From IMG/VR virus record IMGVR_UViG_3300020190_000008: a stretch of 64,000 nucleotides of DNA; one strand, given 5' to 3'. The notes under the pieces are model-generated. The model saw nothing but the letters and a program-made list of their open reading frames with translations. It did not search any database and was not told where the DNA came from. This document shows, in pieces, positions 19,489 through 30,329 of the stretch. Source of the DNA: a virus. Made by a program: the position numbers and the translations under genes. The number at the start of each line of letters is the position of its first letter. Position 1 is the stretch's first letter.

Positions 19489-20493
19489 ATGAAAAAAATA
19501 GCGCTTATAACAGGAATAAATGGTCAGGACGGATCATATCTTGCGGAATTTTTACTTAATAAAGGGTATGAAGTTCACGGAACATTAAAAAGAAATTCTG
19601 TTTCAGAAAACCAAACATCAAGACTTGATGATATTTATAACCAATTAAAATTACATTACGGCGATTTAACAGATTTATCATCTCTAATTAGTGTTATACA
19701 AAAAACAAAACCAAACGAAATATATAATTTGGCAGCACAATCACATGTAAGAATTTCATTTGACCAACCGATATATACGGCTAACGCAACTGGGATGGGA
19801 ACACTAAATATGTTAGAAGCTATTAAACTTGTTGACCCAACAATTAAATTATACCAAGCGTCTTCTTCTGAAATGTTTGGAAACAACATTGATGATGATG
19901 GGTATCAAAGAGAATCGACACCGATGTCTCCGGTATCACCCTATGGATGTGCAAAAGTATTTTCATATAACATTTGTAGAAACTATAGAAATTCTTACAA
20001 TATGTTTATATCAAATGGTATTTTATTTAATCACGAATCGCCAAGACGTGGTACAAATTTCGTAACAAACAAAGTTTGTAAAGAAGCTGTAAAAATTAAA
20101 TTAGGTTTATCTGATCAATTAAAACTTGGTAATTTAGAGGCAACAAGAGATTGGGGGCATGCAAAAGATTACGTTGAAGCTATGTGGTTAATATTACAAC
20201 AAGAAACACCAGATGATTTTGTTTGCTCAACAGGAATTTCACATTCTGTAAAAGAACTTGTTGAGTATGTATTTAATAAATTAGAATTGGACTGGAAAAA
20301 ATACGTTACAACAGATGAAAAATTTTTTAGACCCGAAGAATTAAATGATTTGAAAGGCGATTCAAAAAAACTAAAGTCTACAACTGGTTGGGAACCAACT
20401 TATACATTTGAAACGATGTTAGACGAAATGATAGACTATTGGCTAAACAAATTAAAAAAAGACTATGAACAGAAAGAAAGTTACACAGAATGA
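19489..20493 (+). CDS. gmd: GDP-mannose 4,6-dehydratase
   Basis: ITGINGQDGSYLAE, NLAAQSHV, YQASSSE, FNHESPRRG, RDWGHAKDYV. Confidence 0.97.
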   Translation: MKKIALITGINGQDGSYLAEFLLNKGYEVHGTLKRNSVSENQTSRLDDIYNQLKLHYGDLTDLSSLISVIQKTKPNEIYNLAAQSHVRISFDQPIYTANATGMGTLNMLEAIKLVDPTIKLYQASSSEMFGNNIDDDGYQRESTPMSPVSPYGCAKVFSYNICRNYRNSYNMFISNGILFNHESPRRGTNFVTNKVCKEAVKIKLGLSDQLKLGNLEATRDWGHAKDYVEAMWLILQQETPDDFVCSTGISHSVKELVEYVFNKLELDWKKYVTTDEKFFRPEELNDLKGDSKKLKSTTGWEPTYTFETMLDEMIDYWLNKLKKDYEQKESYTE

Positions 20494-21196
20494 TGATTCC
20501 GAATCAAAACCGTTTTCAAGAAAAGAATACATTAATTCCGTAATTAAGAAAAAACAAAAAAATAAATTTTTAACTGAACACCAAGAAGATTATTATAATA
20601 TTTTAAAATCAAACGAAATAACAATTGCTTCAGGGCCGGCAGGTGTTGGTAAATCATATATAGCAATGAAAGCAGCTGTTGATTTACTTATGGATCCAAA
20701 TAATTCTTATGAAAAAATTATAATTGTAAGGCCAGCTGTTGAAGCTGAAGAAAAACTTGGTTCATTACCTGGTAATTTAGAAGAAAAGTTAGATCCTTAT
20801 ATTTTTCCTTCTTACTACTTATTGAATAAAATTATCGGTAAGGAAGCTAGAGAAAAATTAAAGGATGCTGAAATTATAGAAGTTTTTGCTCTTGCATATA
20901 TGAGAGGTATGAACATAGATAATTCAATATTAATTTTTGAAGAAGCACAAAATTCAACACCAAATCAAATGAAACTTTTATTGACAAGAATAGGTTTCAA
21001 TAGTAAATTCTTTATATCAGGTGATTTAGAACAAACTGACAGATATAAAGATAAAAAACAATCAGGTCTTTATGATGCAATACAAAGATTTACTGATATT
21101 CCAAATATTGGTGTTTTTGATTTTAGAGGTGCAAAAAATGTTCGTAACCCATTAATAGGTAAAATATTGTCAAAATATGAAGAGAATAGGGATTGA
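20465..21196 (+). CDS. phoH: PhoH-family ATPase
   Basis: GPAGVGKS, RPAVEAEEKLGSLPG, AYMRG, EEAQN, GDLEQTD. Confidence 0.92.
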   Translation: MNRKKVTQNDDSESKPFSRKEYINSVIKKKQKNKFLTEHQEDYYNILKSNEITIASGPAGVGKSYIAMKAAVDLLMDPNNSYEKIIIVRPAVEAEEKLGSLPGNLEEKLDPYIFPSYYLLNKIIGKEAREKLKDAEIIEVFALAYMRGMNIDNSILIFEEAQNSTPNQMKLLLTRIGFNSKFFISGDLEQTDRYKDKKQSGLYDAIQRFTDIPNIGVFDFRGAKNVRNPLIGKILSKYEENRD

Positions 21197-21839
21197 AATT
21201 AATGGTGTTTTAAGAGACACCATAGAAAAATTTAAACAAGTTTATGAAAAACATTTAATTTATAGCAACCAAAATGAATTTATAGGTCAAACATATAAAC
21301 TTGATATGTCTGGAAATACTGAAGAAGAAACAACACCAGAACCATTTAACTATGAAATAATTAGTGATGTCAATTCTTTAGATTTAATGAAACATTTTTC
21401 ATTTCAAAATAAAGAAGAATTATATTCATTTATGTATGAAGAATATACAATGGAATTATTTGGTCACGCACCATCAACAGAAATGAACACATTTAACATA
21501 TTAAATGATTTGTACTACGAATTAAGAGATGAATTCGAACTTTTGATTGTTTCCGATGAAATTGGTAAATCAAAGCCAGCATCATTATTTTTTTTAGCAA
21601 AATTTGGATGTTTATTAGAAAAGGTTGTTTTTTATAGTGAAGTTACAAAATCTGAAATGTGGGACGAAGTAGACATATTAATAACATCGAATCCAGATTT
21701 AATTAAAAATAAACCAGAAAATAAGACTGTTATAAAATTTATTCGTGAATATAATAAAGAAATTAATTGTGACTTTGAAATATCCACTTTATCTGATTTT
21801 AACTTATTATTAAAAAAAATAAAAGAAGAATATGTTTAA
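21177..21839 (+). CDS. HAD-fold (5'-nucleotidase-like) protein with a degenerate catalytic motif
   Basis: N-terminal RIGIEINGVLRD, where DxDGV is expected. Confidence 0.5.
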   Translation: MKRIGIEINGVLRDTIEKFKQVYEKHLIYSNQNEFIGQTYKLDMSGNTEEETTPEPFNYEIISDVNSLDLMKHFSFQNKEELYSFMYEEYTMELFGHAPSTEMNTFNILNDLYYELRDEFELLIVSDEIGKSKPASLFFLAKFGCLLEKVVFYSEVTKSEMWDEVDILITSNPDLIKNKPENKTVIKFIREYNKEINCDFEISTLSDFNLLLKKIKEEYV

Positions 21840-22134
21840 AATATTTAATGAAAACTATTACATTGACATTGATGCAGTTGATGAATATGTACAATTTACG
21901 GCTGAACTTAAAGAAGAGCTTGATGGTGGCGACGTTGATATGGCAACAGAAAAAAAGGAAGAAAAACAAATTCATTTAGTAAAATATGAATTAATTAAAA
22001 ATTTTTTAGAAACAGTATTAACAGAATCAAATGAAGTTGATGAAGATTTAGGTATGAAATCAAATGAAGTTTCAATACCATTTAAAATTGCATTTAATTC
22101 ATTATTAATTAAGAAAATAATAAATAAAATATAA
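21832..22134 (+). CDS. Hypothetical protein
   Basis: 100-aa ORF, coupled to its neighbours. Confidence 0.7.
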   Translation: MFKIFNENYYIDIDAVDEYVQFTAELKEELDGGDVDMATEKKEEKQIHLVKYELIKNFLETVLTESNEVDEDLGMKSNEVSIPFKIAFNSLLIKKIINKI

Positions 22135-22139
22135 AAAGT

Positions 22140-23201
22140 ATGAATGCCGAACAGATAAAAAAATTAGAAAAAGCAGTTCAAAGTATGAAGGACAAAAAAT
22201 CCAGATTATACTTTGTTGTCCAGGATACTAAAGGAAATGCGAAAGCTTCAGTTAGACTGACTTATCAAATCGCTATGGTCTTAAAAAAAGATGGTCACAA
22301 TCCTATAATATTACACGAAAACAAAGAATATATTGGTGTTGGTGAATGGTTAGGTGAAGAATATATGAATGAACTACAACATAAATCTATTGATGATGGT
22401 AATTTAGAAATTTCACCAGATGATATTTTAATTATACCAGAAATTTTTGGATATGTTATGGACCAAGTAAAAAAGTTACCTTGTGGAAAAGTTGTTATAG
22501 CACAAGCTTATGACCATATTTTTGAAACACTACAACCTGGACAAAACTGGCAACAATTAGGGTTTTTTAAATGTATCACAACTTCCGAAACACAAAAAAC
22601 CCATATTGAACAAATTATGAGAAAAGTTTCTTTCGAAATTATAAAACCTATAATAAGTGATTGTTTTGTTAAAAGTGAAAACCCAGCAAAAACTATCATT
22701 TCAATCCATTCAAGAGATCAAAGGGAAACTGTAAATTTAATTAAACAATTCTATGTTAAGTTTCCACAATATAGATGGATTACATTTAGAGATTTAAGAG
22801 GACTAACAGAAAAAGAATTTGCAACAGCACTTAAAGAAAGTTTTGTTTCGGTATGGATTGATCAAACAAGTGGTTTTGGTACATTCCCATTAGAATCAAT
22901 GAAATCTGGTGTTCCAGTTATTGGTATGTTACCACATTTACAACCAGAATGGTTGAACGAAGACAACGGAATTTGGTTAGCAAATAAAAATTCATTGGTT
23001 GAAGTTGTTGCCGATTTTACACAGAACTGGTTAGAAGATAATTTGAACCCAGAACTTTTTGATGCTATGGATAAAACTGTTGAGCAATACTCAAACATCG
23101 AAAACTTTGAAAAAAATGTTATTAGTGTTTTTTCAGAAATGATAGAAACAAGAATGAAAACATTTGAAGAACAACTAAATAAATTTGAAACAATTGATTA
23201 A
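22140..23201 (+). CDS. GT-B (GT4-like) glycosyltransferase
   Basis: SGFGTFPLESMKSGVPVIG, variant of the GT4 E-x7-E region. Confidence 0.7.
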   Translation: MNAEQIKKLEKAVQSMKDKKSRLYFVVQDTKGNAKASVRLTYQIAMVLKKDGHNPIILHENKEYIGVGEWLGEEYMNELQHKSIDDGNLEISPDDILIIPEIFGYVMDQVKKLPCGKVVIAQAYDHIFETLQPGQNWQQLGFFKCITTSETQKTHIEQIMRKVSFEIIKPIISDCFVKSENPAKTIISIHSRDQRETVNLIKQFYVKFPQYRWITFRDLRGLTEKEFATALKESFVSVWIDQTSGFGTFPLESMKSGVPVIGMLPHLQPEWLNEDNGIWLANKNSLVEVVADFTQNWLEDNLNPELFDAMDKTVEQYSNIENFEKNVISVFSEMIETRMKTFEEQLNKFETID

Positions 23202-23202
23202 T

Positions 23203-24009
23203 ATGGAAAGTAAAAACACAATATCGGTTATATTACCAATAAAATCTGGTAAAGCAGTAGACTTTGAAGAATTTTTTGAAAAGGCAATAACTTCTGTAAA
23301 AAACCAAGAAGGTTTAGTTAGTGAATTAATTATTGTTCACGTAGGAGAAAGTTATTTTCAAAATTTTGTTTCAAGTTTTGATTTTGGAACATTAGATGTA
23401 ATTATAGAAGAATTTGACGGAAGCCCAAGTTTTGCAAACCAGGTAAATTATGGTGTTAGTAAAGCAACATCTGAGTGGGTTTCTATTTTGGAATTTGACG
23501 ATGAATACTCCAAAATTTGGTTCAAGAATGCAAAAAATTATATGGACATTTATGGTAATGTTGACGCATTTTTACCAATAGTTGTTGATGTGGACTATAA
23601 AGGTGTTTTTGTGGGTTTTACCAATGAAGCAACTTTTGCTGCAAACTTTTCAACTGAAATGGGTTACTTGGATAATGAAACTTTACTTACATACCAAAAT
23701 TTCCAAATATCTGGAATGGTCATAAGAAAAAAATCTTTCGTTGATTTTGGAATGTTAAAAGATTCTTTCAAACTCACGTTTGGTTATGAGTTCTTGTTAA
23801 GAATGACAAATAACAATGTTAAAATTATGACAATACCAAGAATCGGTTACAAACATATGAATTTAAGAGATGGGTCAATTTTCTGGAATTACAAAAATGG
23901 TGATGATAGATTATCTGAAGATGAAGTTAAATTCTGGATTGACTCCGCTAAAAGAGAATATCTTTTTATTAAAGAAAGAGATATAAAATATGAACCACAA
24001 GAAGTTTGA
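23203..24009 (+). CDS. GT2-like glycosyltransferase
   Basis: ISVILPI, VNYGV...WVSILEFDD; start likely MESK at 23203. Confidence 0.75.
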   Translation: MESKNTISVILPIKSGKAVDFEEFFEKAITSVKNQEGLVSELIIVHVGESYFQNFVSSFDFGTLDVIIEEFDGSPSFANQVNYGVSKATSEWVSILEFDDEYSKIWFKNAKNYMDIYGNVDAFLPIVVDVDYKGVFVGFTNEATFAANFSTEMGYLDNETLLTYQNFQISGMVIRKKSFVDFGMLKDSFKLTFGYEFLLRMTNNNVKIMTIPRIGYKHMNLRDGSIFWNYKNGDDRLSEDEVKFWIDSAKREYLFIKERDIKYEPQEV

Positions 24010-24761
24010 TGTTAATTAATGAAGAAAATTGTGAACAATGTGATGATAAGAAAAAGAAAGGAAGAAAACCAAAAGTAAAAAACTATTTTGCCGAACAAGA
24101 AGAAATTGCGGTAAGAAACTATCTAAAAGCAACTACTTTTGAAGAAAAAAACAAAATATATAATGATTTTTTGAAACATCCTTTAGATAAAATGATATCG
24201 TCAATAATTAGACGATACAAATTATATAGAAAAGATATGGACTACGAAGAAATCCATATTGACACACATTCATTTTTGATGACCAAAATTGATAAATTTA
24301 AACCATCAAAAGAAAAAAAAGCGTATTCCTATTTTGGAACTATTTGTAAAAATTATTTGATGGGTCAAATAATGAAAGATCAAAAAGAAATGAATAGAAA
24401 AATTTCTTATCAAGACATTTCAACTGATTTACAAAATAGTCCAGATATGGTTTACTATATCGACAATGAAGAAATTACAAGTGAAGAAATTATGAAAAAA
24501 TTTCTTAAAAAACTTAAAACTTCATTAGAAGATAAAAAAATAACTGAACAAGAACAAAAACTTGGTCAATCACTTTTTGACCTTTTTGAAAATTATAAAA
24601 ATCTTTTTATTGAAACAAACAACAATAATAAGTTCAATAAAAATGTTATTTTATTTGAATTGAGGGAGATGACTAATTTAACAACTAAAGAAATTAGGGC
24701 ATCTATGAAGAGATATAAAAAATTATATGGTGAATTGTTACAGGATATTTTAAAAGATTAG
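24006..24761 (+). CDS. Late-transcription sigma factor (T4 gp55-like)
   Basis: KNYF..., KIDKFKPSKEKKAYSYFGTICKNYL resembles the region-2 motif of gp55-type sigmas. Confidence 0.6.
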   Translation: MMLINEENCEQCDDKKKKGRKPKVKNYFAEQEEIAVRNYLKATTFEEKNKIYNDFLKHPLDKMISSIIRRYKLYRKDMDYEEIHIDTHSFLMTKIDKFKPSKEKKAYSYFGTICKNYLMGQIMKDQKEMNRKISYQDISTDLQNSPDMVYYIDNEEITSEEIMKKFLKKLKTSLEDKKITEQEQKLGQSLFDLFENYKNLFIETNNNNKFNKNVILFELREMTNLTTKEIRASMKRYKKLYGELLQDILKD

Positions 24762-24772
24762 TATTTATTAAT

Positions 24773-25141
24773 ATGCCAAGACCACAAAAAAAACAAATTA
24801 ATCTTACAAAAGATTCTATGTTATCTTTGATGCAAGAAATTTATAATGAACTTGTTGAACAAAGAAATACAGCTATTAGGATTCAAAATAAAATGTTAAC
24901 AATGATGAAAGAACCAGAAGATATGACACTAATTGGTCCTGTTATTGAAAAACAACAAAAAATTATAAACGATTGTGTTGAAAAGAAACTTTCATTATCG
25001 AAACTACAAGCCCAAATTTGGCAAAAATCACAAGAAAAAGAAGAAGAGTTTACTCTTTCAGACTTAGATTTAGATGATGACGTTATGAAGTCATTAATAG
25101 AAAAAGATACTTCAGATAAAAATTATAAAATGAAAAAATAA
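24773..25141 (+). CDS. Hypothetical coiled-coil protein
   Basis: 122-aa ORF with the TATTTAT motif upstream. Confidence 0.7.
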   Translation: MPRPQKKQINLTKDSMLSLMQEIYNELVEQRNTAIRIQNKMLTMMKEPEDMTLIGPVIEKQQKIINDCVEKKLSLSKLQAQIWQKSQEKEEEFTLSDLDLDDDVMKSLIEKDTSDKNYKMKK

Positions 25142-27096
25142 TGGCAATTGATATTCAAGAAGGATATGAAACTATTGGTAGTTCGATACAAAAAAATCAA
25201 ACATATAAAAAACTTTCTAGAGACTATAAAAAATTAAAAAAGAAGCTTGGTACTTCTTTTGAAAAAAAGAAATCTAAAATAACCAAAAGATATCAAAAAC
25301 AAAAATCAAAATTTAATAAATGGCAAAAAAAACAAAATAGTCAATTAGACGAATTGTTGAAGATAAAATTTTTATCTGCTGATGACCAGTTTACCGATGG
25401 TTTAAAAAGTTTAGACCCAAATAAATTAGAAAAATATAAAAAGGGTGGTGATGTTAAAAAATACATAATTGGTAAATTTATTACAGCATTAAATGAATTA
25501 AAACCTAAAATTCTTAGTTTACTACAAGAAGAAGTTTTAAATACTGCTGGTTGTTCAGACGACCAGACATACCAACCAAATCAAGATTTATATATTAATG
25601 TAAAATCAATCGATTTTTTAGGTTTATTAAAAATTGATCCCACAACTGAAATTGGAAAAATTTCATATGAAAATGAAAATTTATCATACCCTTCCAACCC
25701 ATTCCCAATGAATAAAGAATTATATCAAAGAATTCAAAATATAAATCAAAATTTTTCAATTCAATATTCTTCTAACTTTCAAGGTATTTCATTACAAGAT
25801 TTATTTGATATTTCTTATACCGAAGTAGATAACAATGGTGTTTCAGGTAACTATTTTAAGGTAACGCCAAAACAAAGAGTTTCTGGTCAAAAGATAAAAG
25901 AATTTATTAAAGATTACTATAAGTCCATTGAAATTATAGATTTCAAAGCAATTTTTGCAAATTTAATGAATATATTAACTGGGGCGATTTCGATAGAAAA
26001 AGGTGATGGTAAAAATGACCTTGGTGATTTTTATAAAGTCTCTTTAATTGTACAGAGAATACTTGGTTTATGTTTTGACGGCAACAAAGAAATTGATGTT
26101 TCTGGTAGTGCTAAAGTTTCTGAAAACGACAATATTGACGATTCTTTTTTTGAATTTGATGAATTAGACACTTTATTTATTGACCAATCTATTTCAGACA
26201 CACTTAATGGTGTTGTAGAGTTTGAAGAATGTCAAACAATAAAATTACCTGTAGATACTTCCGCAATAATAACTAGTATAAATAACTTAAATTTTGTACC
26301 CGGATCAAATAATAATAATACAATAGATAATGCAACAAATATTACCGATTCATTAACAAAAAACCCAGATTGGTTACCATTACAAATAAACATTGACGAA
26401 TCAATGATTAAGGAATTTCCAAAGGCGGTTTTATTTTCAGTACTGTCACCTAAAGTTATTTTACCATTAGCAATTGTGCTGTTGGCTTTAGGTAATGAAA
26501 CTCTCAATTTAGTAAAATCATACGTTGATTTTTTTAAAAAATTCAAAGATTTTGCTGTAAATGTAACTTCAAAAATATATGGAATATTTATAAAAATTAT
26601 TTTTGATTTAGTCGTTCAAGACATTAAGCAATTAATATCAACAATAACAATTGATATTAAACTTGAAAAAAATAAAAAAACATTATCGGTTATATTTGCT
26701 TTAACACAAATTCTTTTAGTAATTGCAGATATCATCACTGATGTTAGAGAATGTAAAAGTGTTATAGATAATTTATTAAAATTATTAAAATTAGCATCTA
26801 GGGGTTTCGGAAATCAAATACCACTTCCTTTGTTATTAGCAACAAGATTTTTAAGTGGATTTTCTTCAACAAGAGCTTATCTTAATGTTATTGAAGAATT
26901 AGAAAAACTTGGGATACCGACAGGTCCATTACCTGACGGTTCTCCAAATGAATACTTACTAGCAATGAAGGCTATAATTGATGGTATGGATAAAGAAGAC
27001 GCTGAAAATAATCAAGTACAAATCGCAATTGATCCATTATCCATAACACCAATTGGTACGACATTACCTAGTATTGCTTTTGGAAAAAAATTATAA
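25141..27096 (+). CDS. Hypothetical protein, probably virion/baseplate-associated, hydrophobic C-terminal half
   Basis: 651-aa ORF upstream of the gp5-like gene. Confidence 0.6.
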   Translation: MAIDIQEGYETIGSSIQKNQTYKKLSRDYKKLKKKLGTSFEKKKSKITKRYQKQKSKFNKWQKKQNSQLDELLKIKFLSADDQFTDGLKSLDPNKLEKYKKGGDVKKYIIGKFITALNELKPKILSLLQEEVLNTAGCSDDQTYQPNQDLYINVKSIDFLGLLKIDPTTEIGKISYENENLSYPSNPFPMNKELYQRIQNINQNFSIQYSSNFQGISLQDLFDISYTEVDNNGVSGNYFKVTPKQRVSGQKIKEFIKDYYKSIEIIDFKAIFANLMNILTGAISIEKGDGKNDLGDFYKVSLIVQRILGLCFDGNKEIDVSGSAKVSENDNIDDSFFEFDELDTLFIDQSISDTLNGVVEFEECQTIKLPVDTSAIITSINNLNFVPGSNNNNTIDNATNITDSLTKNPDWLPLQINIDESMIKEFPKAVLFSVLSPKVILPLAIVLLALGNETLNLVKSYVDFFKKFKDFAVNVTSKIYGIFIKIIFDLVVQDIKQLISTITIDIKLEKNKKTLSVIFALTQILLVIADIITDVRECKSVIDNLLKLLKLASRGFGNQIPLPLLLATRFLSGFSSTRAYLNVIEELEKLGIPTGPLPDGSPNEYLLAMKAIIDGMDKEDAENNQVQIAIDPLSITPIGTTLPSIAFGKKL

Positions 27097-27098
27097 AT

Positions 27099-27308
27099 AT
27101 GGAAACGGTAACAAAAGAACAAATTTTAGAAATAGTTTCAAAGTATAAAGAAAAATCTAATAAAGATTTAGAAATTGCCCTTGAATTTATTAATACTGAA
27201 TTTGAAAAAACAAAAGAAAATCTTATTAAACTTACAGACCATCTGGACAAGTTAGAAATAACATATAACACAATACTTAAAGAATATAAGTCTAGAAATG
27301 CAAGATAA
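27099..27308 (+). CDS. Small coiled-coil hypothetical protein
   Basis: 69 aa, coupled to its neighbours. Confidence 0.65.
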   Translation: METVTKEQILEIVSKYKEKSNKDLEIALEFINTEFEKTKENLIKLTDHLDKLEITYNTILKEYKSRNAR

Positions 27309-28839
27309 TAGAATAATACTTCCTGGTAAAGTTTTAGATAATACTGATCCACTTATGATTGGTAGAATTAGAGTTGAACCCCAAACAAAGTTTGAAAATC
27401 AATCTATCCCCACAAATTCAGATGGGACACCAAAATCAGTTAGTGAATACGCTTGGACATCTGACGACCCTTTCATTTTTTTACCTTTATTACCTTATTA
27501 CATTAGTCAAGTACCTGAAGTCGGTGAATATGTCAACATTATGTATTCAACAAGAGTTGAACCTTTATCTAGTAATAAATTCTATATTCAAGGACCAATC
27601 AGTAGACCTTGGAATAATGTTCGTGAAAATTATAATAACGCACAATCAGTCTTAGATAATGGTGCACCACTTCAAAAAAGTTACGAAACAAGAAATAGTA
27701 AAACTGGTAATGTTCAAGAAATTGTAAAGGATATTTATCCGTTACCTGGTGATAACGCATTGTTAAGTCGTGGATCAACAGACTTAGTTTTAAAAAAAAC
27801 TGATGTTTTATTACGTGCTGGAAAATATAGAAAAACATTTGATTTAGATTTTACTGATACTGGCCAAATAACACAACCAGATGTAAGACCATATGATAAA
27901 AGATCATTCTTACAATTATCTATTTTTGACCAAGAATTAGTTGATACTGGTACTGAAACTATTGATATAACAAAGTTTGTCGATAAAGAAGTTAAAAATT
28001 TTGTTGAATGGGACATTTCAAACATAAACATTACTGCAAATACTGTTGATGGTTATGTACAAATAAATACTGTAAAAAATGTTACAACATATAATTTTAA
28101 TTTTGATACTGGGACTACTGTAAATTTTAATCTAATTCCTAATTCAAAATATGTTTTTACTGGACTAAGTATCGAAGATTCGATTAATTTTATTAATACA
28201 TACATTAGAGGTTTCAATAAAGGTGTTATTAATATTGAAGGGTATAACAAATACCCAAATTCTGGAAAATTAATTGACCAGTTTCCTTTTGTTTATGGGC
28301 CTAGTGTGTCAACTAATTCAAAAATCTTAGATATAAACCCAACAACAGATTTTACAGAAAATAATGTAGTAACTAACATTTATAATAAAATAAAACTTTT
28401 TGATTCAAGTACTGAACCTGGATTTGCTGTAATTTGGGATTATAATATCGTTGGGCCACAAAATATTGAAACATCCGTTGATGTTGAAAAATCTGAATAT
28501 AAGTCAAACCCAGTTACATACGCAACAATGGGTGGTGATTTTCTTTACTTTTTAACACATCAAACTACCGATGATGTTTTTACAATTGATTTGAAAAATA
28601 CTTTATATGGTATTGAACAACCAACATTTACTGATTACTTGAAAGGTAGGACAAATGCTATGGTTAGAGGTGATGAACTATATGAACTACTTGATAAGAT
28701 TGTTACTTTTATGACAGATCACGTTCATAATCCATTAAGACCGCCGGCCAAAAAAACTAGTTCTGGAATTAGTAAAGAACAGATAAGAGCTGAATTAGAA
28801 AGAAAAAGATATTTGAATCCAAATATTCGAATTAATTGA
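27298..28839 (+). CDS. Baseplate hub/central spike protein (gp5/VgrG-like)
   Basis: N-terminal OB-fold signature GKVLDNTDPLMIGRIRV...PEVGEYV; C-terminal HVH metal-binding motif. Confidence 0.7.
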   Translation: MQDNRIILPGKVLDNTDPLMIGRIRVEPQTKFENQSIPTNSDGTPKSVSEYAWTSDDPFIFLPLLPYYISQVPEVGEYVNIMYSTRVEPLSSNKFYIQGPISRPWNNVRENYNNAQSVLDNGAPLQKSYETRNSKTGNVQEIVKDIYPLPGDNALLSRGSTDLVLKKTDVLLRAGKYRKTFDLDFTDTGQITQPDVRPYDKRSFLQLSIFDQELVDTGTETIDITKFVDKEVKNFVEWDISNINITANTVDGYVQINTVKNVTTYNFNFDTGTTVNFNLIPNSKYVFTGLSIEDSINFINTYIRGFNKGVINIEGYNKYPNSGKLIDQFPFVYGPSVSTNSKILDINPTTDFTENNVVTNIYNKIKLFDSSTEPGFAVIWDYNIVGPQNIETSVDVEKSEYKSNPVTYATMGGDFLYFLTHQTTDDVFTIDLKNTLYGIEQPTFTDYLKGRTNAMVRGDELYELLDKIVTFMTDHVHNPLRPPAKKTSSGISKEQIRAELERKRYLNPNIRIN

Positions 28840-28859
28840 TATTTATATTAAAAAGATAA

Positions 28860-30317
28860 ATGTCAATTCATAATTCCTATTTTAGTAGAAACAATACTAT
28901 TGTTTATAGTGGTGAAACAAATACTGGTAGAAATCCAATAATAGAACTATATTATGCTGATGGTGGTGTAAAAGTACCTATTGGTTTTTCAAGATGTATA
29001 TTTGATATTGATTTATCAGAATTACAAGAAAAATATAATCAAAAAATTATTTCAACTGGTTGTACAACGAATATTAAACACATATTACGTATGATTAACA
29101 CTTCATCGTTCAGTCGTGATTTTTTAAACACAAAGACATCTGAAGAAAAAGAAAGGGCAACATCATTTGATTTAATTGTCTGGAGAATACCCTATGAAGA
29201 TTTCAACGAAACATTACCACAATATTGGGATGAGGGTGTTGGTTATGATTTTACGGACATAGATTCGGTACCTGGTGACAGAAACTTTTCAACAAGACCA
29301 TCAAATTGGTATTTGAGACAAACACTTACACCTTGGGAAGAAAAAGGTGTGTACAACAATGAAAACTATGGAAATTTTCCATTTTCAGCTTTAACAATTG
29401 TTGGTACACAGCACTTTGAATTTGGTAATGAAGACTTGGAAATTGATATGACAAGTGAAATTGAAGCCATTTTAGATGGTTCATTTGTAAATCCGGTGGG
29501 TTGGGGGATATCATTTTTGCCTCAACTCGAAAATTTAACTGGTACAACAGAATCATATTATGTTGGTTTCTTTTCAAGACACACTCAAACATTTTATGAA
29601 CCGAGGCTTGAAACGATATACGATGATTTAATCCAAGATGATAGAAATAATTTTTCTTTGGGAAAAGTTAATAAATTATATCTTTATACATATGAAGATG
29701 GTGATTTTGTTAATTTAGATGAAATACCAAAAGTAACAATTTCAGACCAAACTGGTACACCAATACCTGGACTTATTAATTTAGATAGTTGCCAAAGAAC
29801 AAAAGGTGTTTATGAAATTGCAATTCCTCCATTATTAAATTATCATTCGCCTTGTATTTTTACAGATACTTGGTCAAATATAAAATTAAATAATTTTTCA
29901 TTACCAAATGTTGTTAATGAATTTGTGATCAAACCATTGGAAAGTTCATTACAGTTTGGAACAACGACAAATGACCCATCAATTTATGGATTTGATTTTT
30001 ATGGGATTAAACAAGATGAAAAAATATTAGATACTGATATCAGAAAAGTTGGTGTAATAATTAAAAAAGCTTATACAAAAAACCAACAATTACCAAAAAT
30101 AGAATCTTATTATAGAATATATGTTAGGGAGGGTCAAACAGAAGTTCAAGTCCAGGATTGGACTAAACTAAATAGAACACCAAATGAATATTATTTTATA
30201 TTTGATACAAGAGATAAAATACCTAATGAATATTTTATTGATATTAAAGTGATTTCATCGGGAGAGATAAATACTTATAAGAAACAGATAAAGTTTCAAA
30301 TAGTTAATAAAAAATAA
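28860..30317 (+). CDS. Putative virion structural protein
   Basis: 485-aa beta-rich ORF, late-type motif upstream, structural context. Confidence 0.55.
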   Translation: MSIHNSYFSRNNTIVYSGETNTGRNPIIELYYADGGVKVPIGFSRCIFDIDLSELQEKYNQKIISTGCTTNIKHILRMINTSSFSRDFLNTKTSEEKERATSFDLIVWRIPYEDFNETLPQYWDEGVGYDFTDIDSVPGDRNFSTRPSNWYLRQTLTPWEEKGVYNNENYGNFPFSALTIVGTQHFEFGNEDLEIDMTSEIEAILDGSFVNPVGWGISFLPQLENLTGTTESYYVGFFSRHTQTFYEPRLETIYDDLIQDDRNNFSLGKVNKLYLYTYEDGDFVNLDEIPKVTISDQTGTPIPGLINLDSCQRTKGVYEIAIPPLLNYHSPCIFTDTWSNIKLNNFSLPNVVNEFVIKPLESSLQFGTTTNDPSIYGFDFYGIKQDEKILDTDIRKVGVIIKKAYTKNQQLPKIESYYRIYVREGQTEVQVQDWTKLNRTPNEYYFIFDTRDKIPNEYFIDIKVISSGEINTYKKQIKFQIVNKK

Positions 30318-30329
30318 AAAAATAAAAAT

